Shown here: piece after piece, positions 38,285 through 48,425 of the stretch
Layout: every line of letters begins with the position of its first letter
Numbering within the stretch: position 1 is the first letter of the stretch
Assembly (NCBI GenBank): GCA_964612335.1
Contig: CAZTDU010000007.1
Location: 20,800-84,799, forward strand
Origin: an uncultured Enterobacteriaceae bacterium
GTDB taxonomy: Bacteria; Pseudomonadota; Gammaproteobacteria; Burkholderiales; SG8-39
Direction of reading: 5' to 3'
Length of the DNA: 64,000 bases
Notes under the pieces: generated by a model
Database searches by the model: none
What the model was told of the DNA's origin: nothing
The model's input: only the letters and a program-made list of their open reading frames with translations
Made by a program: the position numbers and the translations under genes

Positions 38285-38307
38285 CTGTCCCTCCCCTTCG
38301 GCCGATT

Positions 38308-39198
38308 CTAGCCGCCCGGCGCGCCGACGAAGGCCTCGATCTCGCGGTTCACCAGTTCCGGGCGCTGGCGCATCACCCAGTGGCCTGCGTCCGGCACGCG
38401 CACCAGCTTCAGTTGCGGCACGCACTCGTCCATGCCATCGAGCAGCGATGGCAGCAGGGCGCGGTCCTGCTCGCCCCAGATCACCAGCGTGGGCACGCGC
38501 ACCATGAGGTCCCGGGCCTCGAGCTTGAGCTTCCTTGCGCCCGCGTCCCCGGCGCCGGGCGGATATACCGGCGTGGCGCGGTAGTAGTTCAGCCCGCCGG
38601 TCAGCGCGCCCGGCTGCGACATCGCGGCGACGAAGGCCTCGCGGTCGGCATCGTTGCCGCCGCCCCAGTCGTCGCGCACCATGCTCCACAGCCGCTGGTA
38701 GTTGTCCGCGGACAGCACGTGCTCGGCCTTGCCGGGCTGGCGAAACAGCAGGAAGTACGCGCTTGCCGCCTGCTGCGCCGGGTTGTCGCACAGCTCGCGC
38801 CAGAACCGGTAGGGGTGCGGCGAATTGAGGATCACCAGGTGCGACAGCGCCTCGGGCCTGGCAATGGCGTAGCTCCACGCGATCGCGCCGCCCCAGTCGT
38901 GCGCGGCCAGCACGAAGCGTTCCTTGCCGTAGTGCGCGGCAAGCGCCGCGACGTCGGCCATGACATGCCTGGCGCGATACTGCTCCACGCCCTCCGGCTT
39001 GTCCGACAGGTTGAAGCCGCGCAGGTCCGGCGCCACCGCCATCCAGCCGCGCGCGCCGAAGTATTCGAGCTGCGCGCGCCAGCACGCCCAGTAGTCGGGA
39101 AAGCCGTGCAGGAACAGCATGAGCGGTCCTTCGCCTGCGCGCGCAACGTGCAGGCGGATGCCGTTTGCGGCTACGGTTTCGTGGACGATCCCAGGCAT
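38308..39198 (-). CDS. alpha/beta hydrolase, epoxide-hydrolase-like
   Basis: 296-aa ORF. Motifs: MLFLHGFPDYWACWRAQ, nucleophile AAHDWGGAIAW. Confidence 0.85.
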   Translation of the reverse strand: MPGIVHETVAANGIRLHVARAGEGPLMLFLHGFPDYWACWRAQLEYFGARGWMAVAPDLRGFNLSDKPEGVEQYRARHVMADVAALAAHYGKERFVLAAHDWGGAIAWSYAIARPEALSHLVILNSPHPYRFWRELCDNPAQQAASAYFLLFRQPGKAEHVLSADNYQRLWSMVRDDWGGGNDADREAFVAAMSQPGALTGGLNYYRATPVYPPGAGDAGARKLKLEARDLMVRVPTLVIWGEQDRALLPSLLDGMDECVPQLKLVRVPDAGHWVMRQRPELVNREIEAFVGAPGG

Positions 39199-39788
39199 GC
39201 GGCTGCTCCCCCGGCGATGGCACGCGCGATCATGGCCTGCACGGCCGGTTCGCGCATCCTCGCCTCCTCCTCGCGATTGACGATTACGCCTGCCTCGACC
39301 AGCACCGATGGCATCAGCGCCGTGTGCGCCACGGCGAGGTTGTCGAACCAGTGCACGCCGTTCGCCTCGTCGGCGAACGGTCGGTTCTCGCCCAGCACAG
39401 GATCTGCATGGTAGCGCGACGGCACCAGCCCGGCGGCGCGCAGCCGCGCGCCGATCGCACTGGCGCAGGCGAGCGACTCCCGCGCGCGCGGGTTGCGCTG
39501 CGACACGAAGAGCGAGAAGCCGGCGAAGCGGTCGGCCACCGGCAGGTAGCGTTCCCGCACCGAATCATGATGGATGGAAATGAAGAGGTCGGCGCCGCGC
39601 GCGTCCAGCGTGCGCCGGTGCAGCTCCGCGTAATCACCGCGCTCGCCGATCATGCGCACCGCCAGCCCGCGCCCGCGCAGTTCGTTCGCCACCTGCACCG
39701 CCAGTTCGAGGTTGAAGTCGAACTCGGCGCGGCCGCTCGCGGAAATCACGCCCGGCTTCTCCAGGTAGTGGCCGACATCCACCGCCAC
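39171..39788 (-). CDS. N-acetylmuramoyl-L-alanine amidase (Amidase_3 type); true start probably upstream of 39788
   Basis: The 205-aa ORF starts at GTG 39788 and contains DLFISIHHDS. The in-frame upstream sequence encodes IRLILALLAAVSCAAAAKE (signal peptide/lipobox) but has no ATG/GTG/TTG; see findings. Confidence 0.8.
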   Translation of the reverse strand: MAVDVGHYLEKPGVISASGRAEFDFNLELAVQVANELRGRGLAVRMIGERGDYAELHRRTLDARGADLFISIHHDSVRERYLPVADRFAGFSLFVSQRNPRARESLACASAIGARLRAAGLVPSRYHADPVLGENRPFADEANGVHWFDNLAVAHTALMPSVLVEAGVIVNREEEARMREPAVQAMIARAIAGGAAACLGSSTKP

Positions 39789-39835
39789 TTCCTTCGCCGC
39801 CGCGGCGCAGGAAACGGCGGCCAGCAGTGCGAGGA

Positions 39836-40603
39836 TCAGGCGAATCGGCTGAAGTCGGGCTTGCGCTTCTCGAAGAAGGCGGTCATTGCTTCCTTGGCCT
39901 CGGGCGAGGCAAGCTGCGCCGCGAAGTGCCGGCTTTCCTCCTCGAGCTGCGAGGCGACCGCCGCGGCGAGGCTGCGCTTCATCAACTGCTTGGTGAGCCG
40001 CACCGACGCCGCCGGCTGCGCGGCGAGTGCGAGCGCCGTGGCGCGCGCGCGCTCGAACAACTCCGCCTCGGGGACGACCTCGGTGACGATGCCGGCGGCG
40101 AGCGCCTTGTCGGCACCGAAGGGCTGTCCGAGCATCAGCAGTTCCGCCGCGCGCCTGTAGCCCGCCACCATCGGCAACAAGAGGCTCGAAGCCGCCTCGG
40201 GCACCAGCCCGAGCGACACGAAAGGCAGGCTGAAGCGCGCGTTCGGCGCCGCATAGACGAAATCGCAGTGCAGCAGCATCGTCGTGCCCACGCCCACCGC
40301 CGCGCCGCCCACCGCGGCGACCAGCGGTTTCTTCAGTGTCGGCAGCGTCGAGATGAAGCCGAACGCCGAGGACGGCCCGCCGCTCGCATTGCGCTCGAGG
40401 AAATCCTTCAGGTCGTTGCCCGCGGTGAAGCAGTCTCGCGCGCCGTGGATCAGCATCACGCGCACCTGCGGGTCGGCATCCGCCGCCGCGAGCGCCTGCG
40501 CCATCGCCTGGTACATCGCCGCGGTCAGCGCGTTCTTCTTGTCCAGGCGCGCGAGCTCGATGCGCGCGATGCGCTCCTGCGTGTCGACGATCACGTCCGG
40601 CAT
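39836..40603 (-). CDS. enoyl-CoA hydratase/isomerase (crotonase family)
   Basis: 255-aa ORF. Motifs: FTAGNDLKDF, AAVGGAAVGVGTTMLLHCDF. Confidence 0.9.
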   Translation of the reverse strand: MPDVIVDTQERIARIELARLDKKNALTAAMYQAMAQALAAADADPQVRVMLIHGARDCFTAGNDLKDFLERNASGGPSSAFGFISTLPTLKKPLVAAVGGAAVGVGTTMLLHCDFVYAAPNARFSLPFVSLGLVPEAASSLLLPMVAGYRRAAELLMLGQPFGADKALAAGIVTEVVPEAELFERARATALALAAQPAASVRLTKQLMKRSLAAAVASQLEEESRHFAAQLASPEAKEAMTAFFEKRKPDFSRFA

Positions 40604-40604
40604 G

Positions 40605-42254
40605 TCAGCTCCCCGGCAGCCGGTAGCCGGCGAACTTCTGGCGCAGCGTGAGTTTCGACAGCTTCCCGGTCGCGGTGTGCGGCAGCTCGTCGACGAACAC
40701 CACGTCGTCCGGCATCCACCACTTGGCGATCCTGCCCTCGTAGAACTTCAGCAGCTCGTCGCGGGAAACGTCCTGCCCCGGCTTCTTCACCGCCACCACG
40801 ATCGGGCGTTCGTCCCACTTCGGGTGCGCGATGCCGATCACCGCCGCCTCGGCGATCGCCGGGTGCGCGACCGCGATGTTCTCCAGGTCGATGGAACTGA
40901 TCCACTCGCCGCCGGACTTGATCACGTCCTTGGAGCGGTCGGTGATCTGCATGTAGCCGTCGGCATCCATGGTGGCGACGTCGCCGGTGGGAAACCAGCC
41001 GTCCTTCAGCGGGTCGCCGCCCTCGCCCTTCATGTACGACGCGGTGATCCAGGGGCCGCGAACCAGCAGGTTGCCGAAGGCCTTGCCGTCCCACGGCAGT
41101 TCCCTGCCGTCCTCGCCGACGATCTTCATGTCGACGCCGAAGATGGCACGGCCCTGCTTGTCCTTGACGCGGAACTTCGCGTCCGCATCCGCCTCCGCAT
41201 GCTTCGCCTTCAGCGTGCACACCGTGCCTAGCGGGCTCATCTCGGTCATGCCCCAGGCATGCAGCACCTCGACGCCGTACTCGGTCTCGAAGGTCCGGAT
41301 CATCGCCGGCGGGCAGGCCGAGCCGCCGATCACGGTGCGCTTCAGGCTGGAGAACTTCAGCCCGTTCGCCTTCACGTGCTGCAGCAGCATCAGCCACACC
41401 GTGGGCACGCCGGCCGACATGGTGACGCGCTCGGCTTCCATCAGGTCGTGCACGCTCTTGCCATCCAGGTGCTGGCCGGGGAACACCAGCTTCGCGCCGA
41501 CCATGGTGCAGCCGTAGGGCAGGCTCCACGCGTTGGCGTGGAACATCGGCACCACCGGCAGGATCGCGTCGCGCGCCGACAGGTTCAGCGCATCCGGCAG
41601 CGCCGCGCCGTACGCATGCAGCACGGTGGAGCGATTGCTGTACAGCACGCCCTTGGGGTTGCCGGTGGTCCCCGAGGTGTAGCACAGCCCGCACGCGGTG
41701 CGCTCGTCCAGCCGCGGCCATTCGAGCCGGCCGTCCTGCGCGGCGACCAGTTCCTCGTAGCACAGCAGCTTCGGGATCGCCGTCTGCGCCGGCATGTGCG
41801 CGCGGTCGCTCATCAGCACGTAGTGCTTCACGGTGGTGAGCTGCGGCACCAGCTTCTCGACCAGCGGCAGGAACGTGAGGTCGAAGCACAGCACGCGGTT
41901 CTCCGCGTGGTTGCAGATGTACGCGATCTGCTCGGGGAACAGCCGCGGGTTCATGGTGTTGATCACCGCGCCGATGCCGGCGATGCCGAAGTACAGCTCG
42001 TAGTGCCGGTAGCCGTTCCACGCCAGCGTGCCTACGCGGTCCCCGAGCTTCACGCCGAGCGCGGCGAGCGCCTGCGCGACCCGCTTCGCGCGCACGTGCG
42101 CCTCGCGGTACGTGTACCTGTGCAGCGCGCCGGTACCGTCCTTGCCGGGCCCTTCTACCGTCTTCGAGACGATCTCGGTGTCGCCGTGGTGCCGGTCGGC
42201 GAAGGTGATCAGATCGCTCACCAGGAGCGGCGTATCCATCATCAGGCCGTGCAT
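40605..42254 (-). CDS. long-chain-fatty-acid--CoA ligase (AMP-binding)
   Basis: 549-aa ORF. Motifs: [52 protein letters not shown]. Confidence 0.9.
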   Translation of the reverse strand: MHGLMMDTPLLVSDLITFADRHHGDTEIVSKTVEGPGKDGTGALHRYTYREAHVRAKRVAQALAALGVKLGDRVGTLAWNGYRHYELYFGIAGIGAVINTMNPRLFPEQIAYICNHAENRVLCFDLTFLPLVEKLVPQLTTVKHYVLMSDRAHMPAQTAIPKLLCYEELVAAQDGRLEWPRLDERTACGLCYTSGTTGNPKGVLYSNRSTVLHAYGAALPDALNLSARDAILPVVPMFHANAWSLPYGCTMVGAKLVFPGQHLDGKSVHDLMEAERVTMSAGVPTVWLMLLQHVKANGLKFSSLKRTVIGGSACPPAMIRTFETEYGVEVLHAWGMTEMSPLGTVCTLKAKHAEADADAKFRVKDKQGRAIFGVDMKIVGEDGRELPWDGKAFGNLLVRGPWITASYMKGEGGDPLKDGWFPTGDVATMDADGYMQITDRSKDVIKSGGEWISSIDLENIAVAHPAIAEAAVIGIAHPKWDERPIVVAVKKPGQDVSRDELLKFYEGRIAKWWMPDDVVFVDELPHTATGKLSKLTLRQKFAGYRLPGS

Positions 42255-42273
42255 GGTCCTCCTCCGATGCGGT

Positions 42274-43734
42274 TCAGCGTTCCAGCGCCCTTGATACTAC
42301 CCGCTTCAACTCCTCCGGCGGCACGCGGAAGTCGCTGCGCAGCGGGTCGGCGTGGCGCTTTGGCACCTCGGCCACCAGCGCGTGGAACGGCTGGCCAAGC
42401 GCCCGCGCCAGGTGCACGTGGATGTTCATGCGCGGTTGCGCCTCGAGCTGGATCTGCACCACCGGCACGCCCTCGCCGGCGAAGAGGTGGAAGTTCATGC
42501 CTGCGCCAAAGCAGCCGACGATCGCCTCGGTGTCGGCGGCAAGGTCGATCTGCTGCTGCAGCGAGAGCCCGCCCGGATCGACCTCCTCGAAGCCGAGCGC
42601 GGCGAGCGTGGCGGCGACCTCGTCCTCGTTCAGCAGCCGGCGCCAGCGCGCGCCGCGACGCGACAGGTATACGCGCCGCCTGCCGCGTGCCGCACCGGGC
42701 GCGACGCCGAGCGTGCCGCGCACGTACTCGAGGGTTCCCGGTGCCCAGTACAGTACCTGGCGCCCGGAGATGCCGCAGTTCAGCGTCGGCACCCAGAGCT
42801 GCTCGAACTCCGCGAACGCGCCCGCCGGCAGCCTCAGCAGGCGCTCGGCGGCGATTCCCGCACGCGCCAGGCACTCGGCGTGCAGCGGCAGCAGGTTCTC
42901 GCCGACGACGACTTTCGCCTCGCGCAGCTCGGGCCTGTCGCGCAACTGCCGCGTGCGCGTGAAGAAGTACAGCAGCCAGTGCCCGATGTTGACGTGGTTG
43001 CCGATCAGCACATGCGCCCCGGCGTGCCGGCGCGCAGCGCCGCCCGCCGCCCACAGCCTGCCCTCGGTGGCGAGGCGCAGCGTATCGAGCTGCTCGATGC
43101 CGTCGAAGCGTCCGAGCTTGGCCGGGCTGTCGGTGCATCGCTCGGTGAAGGCAAGTCCATCGCGGCTCACCGGCAGGAACGACTGCCCCAGCACCAGCGC
43201 ATCGGGCAGCATGCACAGCGCCGCGGGCGCCGCCTCCAGCTGCGCGGCGAGTTGCGGCTCGGTGCTGCCATCCATGCGCCGTGGCACGAGGTCCGCGGAC
43301 TGCTCGCATGGCAGTCCGGCCTGCCGGCAGTACGCGGCAATGTCCGGCCCGCGCGCGAAGCGCTTCAGCCCATCGAGCGCGCCATCGCCGGGCCAGCACA
43401 CGCGCAGGCACAGCAGCGCGCCCTCTTCGTCGTCCAGCGCGAGCAGGATGGCGCCGAGCAGGTAGGCGATGTCGCGGCGCCAGGCGTCCTGGCGCGCCAG
43501 CGCCGCCGCATTGCGGATGGAGAATTCGCGCAGCGTGCGGATCTCGGCGACGCCGGTGCCGGCCGCGAGCGCCGGCGCGATTTCGCCCAGCGCCTCGGCA
43601 ATGCAGCCTTCGCGCAACTGCGCATGCACCGCGCCGCGCACCACGCCGATGTCGGCCTGCGCTTCGGTGGCAGGGCTGCCTGCGGGTGCGGGTTCCGTGC
43701 GGCCGACGAGCTGCCGCAGGAGGTTCGCGAGCAT
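42274..43734 (-). CDS. DUF563 / glycosyltransferase family 61-like protein with unassigned N-terminal half
   Basis: 486-aa ORF. The C-terminal half carries IGNHVNIGHWLLYFFTR and RRVYLSRRGARWRRLLNEDEV...LSLQQQIDLAADTEAIVGCFGAGM, a pattern I associate with DUF563/GT61. Confidence 0.55.
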   Translation of the reverse strand: MLANLLRQLVGRTEPAPAGSPATEAQADIGVVRGAVHAQLREGCIAEALGEIAPALAAGTGVAEIRTLREFSIRNAAALARQDAWRRDIAYLLGAILLALDDEEGALLCLRVCWPGDGALDGLKRFARGPDIAAYCRQAGLPCEQSADLVPRRMDGSTEPQLAAQLEAAPAALCMLPDALVLGQSFLPVSRDGLAFTERCTDSPAKLGRFDGIEQLDTLRLATEGRLWAAGGAARRHAGAHVLIGNHVNIGHWLLYFFTRTRQLRDRPELREAKVVVGENLLPLHAECLARAGIAAERLLRLPAGAFAEFEQLWVPTLNCGISGRQVLYWAPGTLEYVRGTLGVAPGAARGRRRVYLSRRGARWRRLLNEDEVAATLAALGFEEVDPGGLSLQQQIDLAADTEAIVGCFGAGMNFHLFAGEGVPVVQIQLEAQPRMNIHVHLARALGQPFHALVAEVPKRHADPLRSDFRVPPEELKRVVSRALER

Positions 43735-43751
43735 GCCCGCAGTTTAGCGCC

Positions 43752-45146
43752 TCAGTGCAGCGGCCAGATTGAGTCTTTAATGCCCTCGAGGCCGGCGCGC
43801 TTCACCAGCGACTTGGCCCGGTCGCGTGCCTCCTCGTAGAGGTCGGCTTCGTTCAACGTCAGCACCTTGCCGCCGCGCATCAGCACCTTGCCATCCACGA
43901 TCACGGTGTCGGCGCAGCCGCCGTGCGCACAGTAGACGAGGTTCGACACCGGATTGTGTATCGGCTGCCATTCCGGGCGCATGACATCGAGTACCGTGAC
44001 GTCGGCTTTCTTGCCTGGTTCCAGCGACCCGAGGTCCCGGTCCCACATCATCGAGCGCGCGCCGTTGATGGTGATCATCTCGATCGCCGTCTCCGGGCGC
44101 AGCACCTTGGGATCCAGCCGCGCCTCGTGGAAGCCGCCGACCGCGAGGAAGGTCTGCCGGATCGCGTCGAGGAAGTTCCCCGACATCGCCGAATCCGACC
44201 CGAGCGACACCGCGAGGCCCAGCTCGAGCATCTCGGGCGTCTTGCCGTGGCTCATGTTGCCCATCGCCTGGTGCATCGTCGCCCCGGGCGACAGCGAGAT
44301 CTTGACGTCGCGCTTTTGCAGCAGCATCAGTTCCTTCGGGTCCACCCAGCCCATGTGCAGCAGCAGGAGTTCCGGCCCCAGCACGCCGAGCTTCTCCAGC
44401 CGCATGATGTCGCCCATGCCGTACTTCAGGTGCGAGGCCACCGTCTCGTCGCGGTTCTCGCAGGCATGGCCTATCAGGCCGACCTTGCGCTTTCGCGCCA
44501 TCGCGGACATCCTCTTCAGCAGCTCGTCGGAGCACGCCACCGGCACGCGCATCGAGAACCACGCCTTCAGCCTGCCGTCGAACTTGCCGTCGAACTCGGC
44601 CACCATCTCGTCGGCGCGCGCGAGCGCGTCGTCGGTGGGCTCGAAGAAGTTCTTCGGCAGCGTTCCCATGTTGGTCTGGCCCATGTCGAACACGGTGCGC
44701 GAGATGAGCCCACGCATGCCGGATTCGCCGGTGGCCTGCGCGGTCTCGGCGGCGAAGTAGCTGCCCGGGTCGGCGAAGCACGTGGTGCCGGCGCGCAACT
44801 GCTCCAGCTGGCACAGCCGCGCGGCGCACAGTGCGTCGCCCTTGTCCATGTGCGCTTCGACCACCCACAGGCGCTTGAACAGGCGCTCGGGTCCCGAGTA
44901 GGCCTCGTCGCCGAGGCCGCGCCCGAGCTGCTGGGCATGGTGGATGTGCGTATCGAACAGGCCGGGCATCACCAGCTTGCCCTTCGCGTCGATCACCTCG
45001 GCATCGCGGTAGCGCGGCGCGAGCTCCGCGGTCTTTCCCACCGCGGCGATGCGATCGCCCTCGATCGCCACCGCGCCGTCGGTGATGATGCGGCGCGTGG
45101 CGTCGACGGTGAGGACGTACTCGGCGTTCCGGATCAGCAGCGCCAT
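43752..45146 (-). CDS. amidohydrolase (metal-dependent, deaminase/chlorohydrolase subgroup)
   Basis: Started at ATG 45144-45146 (MALLIRNAEYVLTVD...) inside ORF 43752..45857. Motifs: PGLFDTHIHHAQ (HxH), GHACE, SLGSDSAMS. Confidence 0.85.
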   Translation of the reverse strand: MALLIRNAEYVLTVDATRRIITDGAVAIEGDRIAAVGKTAELAPRYRDAEVIDAKGKLVMPGLFDTHIHHAQQLGRGLGDEAYSGPERLFKRLWVVEAHMDKGDALCAARLCQLEQLRAGTTCFADPGSYFAAETAQATGESGMRGLISRTVFDMGQTNMGTLPKNFFEPTDDALARADEMVAEFDGKFDGRLKAWFSMRVPVACSDELLKRMSAMARKRKVGLIGHACENRDETVASHLKYGMGDIMRLEKLGVLGPELLLLHMGWVDPKELMLLQKRDVKISLSPGATMHQAMGNMSHGKTPEMLELGLAVSLGSDSAMSGNFLDAIRQTFLAVGGFHEARLDPKVLRPETAIEMITINGARSMMWDRDLGSLEPGKKADVTVLDVMRPEWQPIHNPVSNLVYCAHGGCADTVIVDGKVLMRGGKVLTLNEADLYEEARDRAKSLVKRAGLEGIKDSIWPLH

Positions 45147-45157
45147 CGCGCCTCCCT

Positions 45158-46126
45158 CTAGTCGATCTTGATGCCGACGTCCTTGATCAGCTTGGCGTAG
45201 CGCGCCATCTCGGCACGCATGAACTTCGACGCCTGCTCCGGCGAGCCGGGCAGCGGATCGAGGCCGCGCTTGACCAGCGTGTCGCGCGTTCCCGGGTGCG
45301 TCAGCGCGGTATTCATCGCGCCGTTCACCTTGGCGACGATGTCCTGGGGCACGCCGGCCGGCGCCAGCACGGCGAACCAGGATGCGGTCTCGAATCCGGG
45401 GTAGCCCTGCTCCGAGATCGTCGGAATCTCCGGCGCCAGCGTCGCGCGCTTGAGGGACGTCACGCCGTATGCCTTCAGCTTGCCGGCGCGGATGTTGGGC
45501 AGGTACTCGGGCAGGTTGCCGAACATCAGCTCGACGTGGCCCGCGATCAGGTCGGTCATCGCCGGCGCGAGCCCGCGGTACGGGATGTGCACCATGAACA
45601 GGCCCGCGGTCTGCTTGAACAGCTCCCCAGCCAGGTGGGGCGTGGTGCCGTTGCCGAACGACGCGTAGGTGAGCTTGGCCGGGTTCTTCTTCAGGAAATC
45701 CACCAGTTCCTTCAGCGTGTTCGCGGCCACCTTCGGGTGCGCCACCAGCACGTTCGGCGTGGTTGCGAGCAGGCCCATCGGCTGCAGGTCCTTCAGCGAG
45801 TCGTAGGGCAGCTTCGGCACCAGCGTGGCGTTGGCCGTGAAGCTGGTGGCGATGCACACGTAGGTATAGCCGTCGGGCGCGGATTTCGCGGCCGCGTCAA
45901 CGCCGATCACCGTGCCCGCGCCGGGCCGCGTCTCGATGATGATCGGCTGGCCCAGCACCCGGTTCATCTCGGGGCTGACGATGCGCACCAGCGTGTCCAT
46001 CGTTCCGCCGGGCGGGAACGGCACGATCATGCGGATCGGCTTGGTCGGCCAGGCCTGCGCGAACGCCGCGGCGCAGAAAGGCAGGGTGGCGATGGCGAGC
46101 AGCAGGCGTTTCAGGGTCATGGACAT
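45158..46126 (-). CDS. Bug/TctC family substrate-binding protein
   Basis: Started at ATG 46124-46126, preceded by GGGAGAA. Signal peptide MSMTLKRLLLAIATLPFCAAAFAQA and the RMIVPFPPGG motif. Confidence 0.9.
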   Translation of the reverse strand: MSMTLKRLLLAIATLPFCAAAFAQAWPTKPIRMIVPFPPGGTMDTLVRIVSPEMNRVLGQPIIIETRPGAGTVIGVDAAAKSAPDGYTYVCIATSFTANATLVPKLPYDSLKDLQPMGLLATTPNVLVAHPKVAANTLKELVDFLKKNPAKLTYASFGNGTTPHLAGELFKQTAGLFMVHIPYRGLAPAMTDLIAGHVELMFGNLPEYLPNIRAGKLKAYGVTSLKRATLAPEIPTISEQGYPGFETASWFAVLAPAGVPQDIVAKVNGAMNTALTHPGTRDTLVKRGLDPLPGSPEQASKFMRAEMARYAKLIKDVGIKID

Positions 46127-46334
46127 GGGCTTCTCCCGGGTGTGTGCGGACGCGGTCGAGACTAGACATGCAGGCACGCCAAGTCAATTGCGATATGCAA
46201 ACGTCCAGCGCCGCGCACCGTTTCGGCATACGCGCACGCCGCCGGTGCGCCCCCCGGCACCGGCGCGGTGCCTCCCGGGGCGGCGCCTGCCGATTCCGCA
46301 GTAGACTCTGCCCTTCCCCGGAGGCCTACAGCCC

Positions 46335-48425
46335 ATGAGCGACGCAGTCAGCTACACCGTGCGCGACGGCATCGCCGTCATCACCATGAACAACCCGCCG
46401 GTGAACGGCCTCGGAAGCGTGCTGCGCCCGGGCATCATGGCCGGGATCAGGCAGGCGGACGCCGACCCGGCGGTCAACGCGATCGTCGTCATCGGCTCGA
46501 CGAAGGCATTTTCCGGCGGCGCCGACATCCGCGAGTTCAACACGCCGAAATCCACGCTGCCGCCCAGCCTGCCGGAAATCAACGACGCGCAGGATGCGTG
46601 CACGAAACCGATGGTCGCGGCGATCGGCGGCTTTGCGCTCGGCGGCGGCTGCGAACTCGCGCTCGGCTGCCACTACCGCGTCGCCGCGCCGAAGGCGCAG
46701 ATCGGCCTGCCGGAGGTGAAGCTCGGCATCCTGCCCGGCTCGGGCGGCACGCAGCGCCTGCCGCGCGTGGTTGGCGCCGCGCGCGCGATCAAGATGATGA
46801 CCAGCGGCGACCCGGTGCGCGCCGAGGAAGCGCTGTCCCTCGGCCTGGTCGACGAAATCGTGCAGGGCGACCTGCTCGAGGGCGCGCTTGCGTACGCGCG
46901 AAAGCTCGTCGCCGAGGGCAAGGGTCCGCGCCGCATCCGCGATGCCGCCGTCAAGGTCGACGGCGACCCGAAGGCCTTCTTCGACAAGGCACGCGCAGAC
47001 GTCGCGAAGGCCTCGCGCGGCTTCCCCGCGCCGCTGGAGATCGTCGCCTGTGTCGAGGCGGCGGCGACGCTGCCGTTCGACGAGGGCAGGAAGGAAGAGC
47101 GCCGGCGCTTCCAGTTCCTCGTCGAAGGCACCGAATCGAAGGCGATGCGGCACATGTTCTTCGCCGAGCGGCAGACCTCGAAGATCCCCGACGTGCCGGA
47201 AGACACCCCGGTGCGCGAGGTCAGGCGCGCCACGGTAGTCGGTGCCGGCACCATGGGCGGCGGCATATCCATGTGCTTCGCCAACGCCGGCATCCCGGTG
47301 ACGCTGGTCGACACCACGCAGGAGGCGCTCGACCGGGGACTGGCGACGATCCGCAGGAACTATGCCGGCACGGTGTCGAAGGGCCGCCTGAAGCAGGAGG
47401 ACATGGACAGGCGCATGGCGCTGATCACGCCGGCGCTCGACCTCGCCGCCGGCAAGGACGCCGACATCGTCATCGAGGCGGTGTTCGAGCGCATGGACGT
47501 GAAGCAGGACATCTTCAGGAAGCTCGACGCGGCGATGAAGCCGGGCGCGATCCTGGCGACCAACACGTCGACGCTGGACGTGAACGCGATCGCGGACGTG
47601 ACCAGGCGCCCGCAGGACGTCATCGGCACGCATTTCTTCTCGCCCGCCAACGTCATGCGCCTGCTCGAAGTCGTGCGTGGCGCGAAGACCGCGAAGGACG
47701 TGCTGGCGACGACGATGAAGCTCGGCAAGACGCTGAAGAAGGTGCCGGTGGTGTCCGGTGTCTGCGACGGCTTCATCGGCAACCGCATGGTGGAGAAATA
47801 CGGCCAGCAGAGCCTGTTCCTGATCGACGAAGGTTGCTCTCCGCAACAGGTCGATGCCGCCGCGCAGGCCTGGGGGCTGGCGATGGGGCCGCTCGCGATG
47901 GGCGACATGGCAGGACTCGACATCGGCTGGGAGATCCGCAAGCGCCGCTATGTCGAGCGGCCGAACTTCGTCTACTCGAAGGTCGGCGACCGCATCTGTG
48001 AACAGGGCCGTTATGGCCAGAAGACCGGCAAGGGCTGGTACCTGTACGAGGCCGGCAGCAGGAAGCCGGTTCCCGACCCCGCGGTGGACCGGATCATCGA
48101 CGACTACCGCCGCGAGATCGGCGTCAAGCCGCGCAGCATCGGCGATGCCGAGATCGTCGAGCGCCTGATCTACGCGCTGGTCAACGAGGCCGCGTACATC
48201 CTCGAGGAAGGCATCGCGCTCAGGGCGTCCGACATCGACATGGTGTACCTGACCGGCTACGGTTTCCCGGCGTATCGCGGCGGGCCGATGTTCTATGCCG
48301 ATACCGTCGGCCTCGCCAACGTGCTGGCGGCGATCGAGCGATTCCAGCGAGGCTACATGGGCGAGGTATGGAAGCCGGCGCCGCTGCTGGTGAAGCTCGC
48401 CAAAGAGGGCAAGAAATTCAACTGA
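46335..48425 (+). CDS. bifunctional enoyl-CoA hydratase / 3-hydroxyacyl-CoA dehydrogenase (FadB/FadJ-type)
   Basis: 696-aa ORF with an N-terminal crotonase domain (AFSGGADIREF) and the Rossmann motif VVGAGTMGGGISM. Confidence 0.9.
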   Translation: MSDAVSYTVRDGIAVITMNNPPVNGLGSVLRPGIMAGIRQADADPAVNAIVVIGSTKAFSGGADIREFNTPKSTLPPSLPEINDAQDACTKPMVAAIGGFALGGGCELALGCHYRVAAPKAQIGLPEVKLGILPGSGGTQRLPRVVGAARAIKMMTSGDPVRAEEALSLGLVDEIVQGDLLEGALAYARKLVAEGKGPRRIRDAAVKVDGDPKAFFDKARADVAKASRGFPAPLEIVACVEAAATLPFDEGRKEERRRFQFLVEGTESKAMRHMFFAERQTSKIPDVPEDTPVREVRRATVVGAGTMGGGISMCFANAGIPVTLVDTTQEALDRGLATIRRNYAGTVSKGRLKQEDMDRRMALITPALDLAAGKDADIVIEAVFERMDVKQDIFRKLDAAMKPGAILATNTSTLDVNAIADVTRRPQDVIGTHFFSPANVMRLLEVVRGAKTAKDVLATTMKLGKTLKKVPVVSGVCDGFIGNRMVEKYGQQSLFLIDEGCSPQQVDAAAQAWGLAMGPLAMGDMAGLDIGWEIRKRRYVERPNFVYSKVGDRICEQGRYGQKTGKGWYLYEAGSRKPVPDPAVDRIIDDYRREIGVKPRSIGDAEIVERLIYALVNEAAYILEEGIALRASDIDMVYLTGYGFPAYRGGPMFYADTVGLANVLAAIERFQRGYMGEVWKPAPLLVKLAKEGKKFN

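Noticed and set aside
45147-45857. An N-terminal extension of the amidohydrolase ORF (43752..45857).
   Set aside because: It overlaps the Bug binding-protein gene and has nonsense-like composition. A good internal ATG (45146) gives the typical MALLIRNAEYVLT... amidohydrolase N-terminus.
46181-46200. A near-palindrome TTGCGATATGCAA in the low-GC patch upstream of the fadB-like gene, considered as a FadR/TetR-type operator.
   Set aside because: Only the outer 4 bp of each arm are complementary, which is too weak to call without comparative data.
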